From the NCBI RefSeq assembly GCF_006345805.1, contig NW_021826643.1:1-12267 (forward strand): DNA of 12,267 nucleotides. The letters are read 5' to 3'. The notes under the pieces were generated by a model, which saw nothing but the letters and a program-made list of their open reading frames with translations, searched no databases and was not told the DNA's origin. The first letter of the stretch is position 1. Every line of letters starts with the position of its first letter. The position numbers were made by a program, and so were the translations under genes. Shown piece by piece: positions 9,457 through 12,267 of this stretch. Source of the stretch: Octopus sinensis. Lineage: Eukaryota.

Positions 9457-9584
9457 CAAGTTATGTATTGAGAGAATCAATTATTATAAACTTGATGATA
9501 TGAAAAGAGATTATTGGATTGTCTGCCTCAAAATAAGAACATAACCATAACACAGGAGATTAATAATGATAATAAAACGAAACC

Positions 9585-9591
9585 AATAGTA

Positions 9592-9651
<60 letters not shown>
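9585..9651. repeat. (AAT)n microsatellite (tail of the adjacent SINE)
   Basis: Direct reading; abuts the SINE 3' end. Confidence 0.95.
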
Positions 9652-9825
9652 TTTCAAATTTGGGCACAAAGCCAGCAAGATTGAGGGAGGGGGTAAGTCG
9701 ATTACATCGACCCCAGTGTTCAACTGGTACTTATTTTATGGACCCAGGAAGGATGAAAGACAAAGTTGTTCTCTGTGGAATTGAAACTCAGATTGTAAAG
9801 ACGGACGAAACGCCGCTAAATGCGT
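9652..9825 (-). mobile_element. tRNA-derived SINE, same family as 7366-7569
   Basis: Collinear similarity with 7366-7545. Confidence 0.85.
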
Positions 9826-10803
9826 CGCTGCTATCGTATAAGTTATCCCCGACAGAACATCATTTGTATATCATCGTATATCATTGTATATCTTTTGTAG
9901 GTTATCTCCGACATAACATCCTTGATGAGACAAATATAGTACTAAGCATTGACATTTTTACTCGTGCACGAAAGCGTTAATACAGCTAGTAATGTAATTT
10001 GCATGAAGCATTGCAATGTATGTAAATAATATAAATGTTTGAAAAAGCTATGAATGATGAATGCGAGAAAATGCCCAAAGGGATAAATGAAAACAGAGGG
10101 GAAGAATATTGCATTACTTTACATCGGTTGTTTAATGATTGTATAAAATTTCGGGAAAAATATCCCTTTTCAAATTGAAGAAAGAGAATAATAAAATAGT
10201 TAATGACGGGCAGTGTCATGAATATGATGAGAATAAGCACCAGCTTATATCACGCTGTTTTGGAAGAGTAGACTAGAAACGGAGCCTAAGAACATAAAAA
10301 GATAAGAAGGAGAGCAAAAATGGAGAATCTGAATAGGATTAACGACCCGAAAGCGGAATCTGAACGAAGCACTATTGCTTCCAATCCATATTGCATTAAT
10401 AAAGTTTCGAACGCCCTTATATCATGCTCAGGATTAAAAAAAAAAGCGTTGGATATTGTGGTTTTTCGAATAATCTAGGAAGAATGATTGTCAATGGAGC
10501 TTCGAACATTATTGCAAACTACGGATTCTATCACCAACCAGCTGCATACTCATTTAGTAGCATTTAGCAGTCAGCAGCAGTCAGTTTCTATCCATTCGTG
10601 ATCGGCAGCTAACCATCCCATCTGTACCAGTTAGTTAGTATGAAAATAACTCATCATATAATGACAGTCAGTCTTATCTAGAACCTGCATCAGCCGTGTT
10701 ACTCACAACCAAAAATTCAGACACCATTTTTAACTTTTCTTCCGTAAAACATTAGGTGTAGGCTAATACAGACAAGAGGGCTCTTGTCTTTCATTTCTAC
10801 ACA

Positions 10804-10983
<180 letters not shown>

Positions 10984-10984
<1 letters not shown>

Positions 10985-11240
10985 ATTCCCAGACCGGTCG
11001 TTGTGTGTGTTTATTGAGCGAAAACACCCGAGGCTCCACGAGGCTCCGACAGGGGATGATGGCGACCCCTGTTGTACTTTTTCGCTCCAACTTTCTCTCA
11101 CTCTTTCTTCCTGTTTCTTGGGTAACGCTGCGATGGACTGGTATCCCGTCCAGCTGGGGGGAACACATACGCCACAGAAACCGGGAAACCGGGCCCATGA
11201 GCCTCCCTAGGCTTGAAAAGGGCGCATAAAAGAAAAAAAT
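10984..11240 (+). mobile_element. 5'-truncated SINE with conserved CTGCGATGGACTGG..CCCGTCCAG central domain and A-rich tail
   Basis: Starts at a B-box remnant (GATTCCC). The central motif resembles the conserved domains of V-/Meta-type SINE superfamilies (from memory). It ends in ATAAAAGAAAAAAA, and an inverted relative lies at 6528-6715. Confidence 0.8.
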
Positions 11241-11285
11241 AGCATGGTAACAGGGGTGAGGTTAGATTTTTATTATTTGTCTCAG

Positions 11286-11575
11286 AATTGATCAGAAGTT
11301 AAACAAGAAGGCCATATTGGATGACGTTATGAAAAACACTTTGGAGGACGTAGTCCAAGATACACTATGTTGCAATGACGCTTTAGTTGATATAGTTCTA
11401 GATAGACTTTGTCTGAAGGACATTTTTTATAAGGTGGCCCTAAATACACTACATATGGAAGACACTTTCGATGACGTAGTCCAATGTGTACCATGTCTCA
11501 GGGCAGTTTGAATGATTTAGTCCCAGATACACTGTGCCTGAAGTTCACATTGGACGATGTAGTCCTTGATAGAAA
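11286..11575 (+). pseudogene. Possible exon/decayed ORF encoding a 14-aa tandem repeat (K-D-T-L-D-D-V-V-x-D-T-L-C-L-like)
   Basis: A pyrimidine-rich acceptor-like TTTTATTATTTGTCTCAG ends at 11285. The frame is open to 11511 with a 42-bp periodicity, and the repeat continues after a frameshift (LNDLVPDTLCLKFTLDDVVLDRK). Confidence 0.3.
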
Positions 11576-11899
11576 ATGAAGGACATTTTTGGGTGAAGTG
11601 GTCCTGGAAGAATTATGTGTGAAGGATATTTAAGACGATGTCGTCCCAGATACACAATGAAGGATATTTTTGGGTGAAGTGGTCCTGGAAGCATTATGTG
11701 TGAAGGATATTTAAGACGATGTCGTCCCAGATACACAATGAAGGATATTTTTGGGTGAAGTGGTCCTGGAAGCATTATATGTGAAGGATATTTAAGACGA
11801 TGTCGTCCCAGATACACAATGAAGGATATTTTTGGGTGAAGTGGTCCTGGAAGCATTATATGTGAAGGATATTTAAGATGATGTACTAGATACACAATG
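11575..11899. repeat. 81-bp minisatellite, 4 near-identical copies, each a 43+38-bp dimer
   Basis: Units begin at 11575, 11656, 11737 and 11818. Both subunits start GAAGGATATTT. Confidence 0.95.
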
Positions 11900-12267
11900 T
11901 CTAATACCTCATTACCAAAAGAAAAAATAAAATAAAATAAAATAAAATAAAATACAACATAGATAAGATGATCGGAAATAAAATAAGGTTTAGTGTTGCA
12001 TAAAAAAAAATATCAATTGAATAACAAAAACAACAACATCCCAAAACCTCAAAATAAACCAAAAAAAAAAGAGGAAAGAAAAAATGCAATAAAAAAAACC
12101 CTCGAACCGCAAATCGAAGAAAGATTGAAGCGAGTCAGACAGATCGAAGGAGCGATAGATTGAAAAAGATAATAATAATTGACATATGAATTATTGAAAT
12201 GTATGATTAAATAAGATAAATGAATAATAGAATCGGATGGAAATATCACATTTAGATACGACCTGAT

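Noticed and set aside
11575-11899. CRISPR-like array
   Set aside because: The units repeat in full with no unique spacers, and the context is eukaryotic with no cas genes.

Overview
AT-rich, microsatellite-dense eukaryotic non-coding DNA (intronic or intergenic). The tRNA-derived SINE families and the (TA)n/(AAT)n/(TCTA)n load resemble an octopus/cephalopod genome; this is inferred from recalled repeats, not from a search. There is no confidently supported protein-coding gene, and nearly all ORFs in the track are translated microsatellites. The main signal is three sequence-unrelated minimal type I hammerhead ribozyme motifs within about 2 kb. (1) An intact one on the minus strand at 2940-3012, inside an element bracketed by a perfect 89-bp inverted repeat and embedded in (TA)n. 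(2) One on the minus strand at 997-1080, within a ~140-bp direct repeat that also holds a 60-nt palindrome. (3) A core-mutated one on the plus strand at 2314-2376. All three have the short palindromic helix III typical of Penelope-like-element/retrozyme hammerheads, which suggests small non-autonomous ribozyme-bearing retroelements that target microsatellites. The window also contains about eight SINE copies or fragments, a putative LINE 3' end, a higher-order trinucleotide array, and an 81-bp minisatellite that appears derived from a decayed 14-codon repeat ORF.
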